Of a stretch of DNA of 33,259 nucleotides, positions 33,239-33,259 are shown one piece after another. Within the stretch, counting starts at the first letter, position 1; each line of letters opens with the position of its first letter. The position numbers and the translations under genes are program-made. The stretch is taken from positions 1 to 33,259 of the IMG/VR virus record IMGVR_UViG_3300025296_000068. One strand, given 5' to 3'. The notes beneath the pieces were generated by a model that ran no database searches, was not told the DNA's origin, and saw only the letters and a list, made by a program, of their open reading frames with translations. The stretch is from a virus. Lineage: Duplodnaviria > Caudoviricetes.

Positions 33239-33259
33239 GTGCACGTTTACACCTACAAC
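33239..33259 (+). CDS. Start of a rightward gene running out of the window (MHVYTYN...)
   Basis: GAGGAG RBS 6 nt before GTG; frame open to the window edge. Confidence 0.55.

Noticed and set aside
1-33259. Alternative genetic code or stop-codon reassignment
   Set aside because: Core genes are full length in the standard code and TAG, TGA and TAA all serve as coupled stops.

Overview
Nearly the whole window is one long-tailed (siphovirus-type, HK97-fold) phage or prophage genome segment. Genes run on the minus strand, right to left: two XRE-HTH regulators, an HTH replication initiator with internal palindromic iterons, a DnaC/IstB-like ATPase, and a mosaic DNA-modification region (two DNA methyltransferases, a PAPS-reductase-like protein, a truncated radical-SAM gene). 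Then come a RusA-like resolvase, terminase, a small accessory insert (tRNA-like element, S26 peptidase), a portal-MuF-zinc-ribbon fusion, prohead protease, major capsid, neck, tail tubes, a frameshifted tail chaperone, tape measure, tail tip, an S74-chaperoned fibre and small membrane proteins. No endolysin or integrase is recognisable in the window. Signals of most interest: (i) a complete type III hammerhead ribozyme just upstream of an RBS on the divergent transcript; (ii) a portal-MuF protein ending in a Mu Com-like zinc ribbon, with an RBS-occluding hairpin before it and an attenuator-like leader after it; (iii) an antisense tRNA-like element with a Ser-type body, TAG anticodon and no canonical T arm; (iv) recombination scars, including an exact 33-nt copy of terL sequence, an orphan DnaC 3' end, and a radical-SAM gene cut at its Fe-S motif. 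All calls come from reading motifs by eye; no database searches were run.
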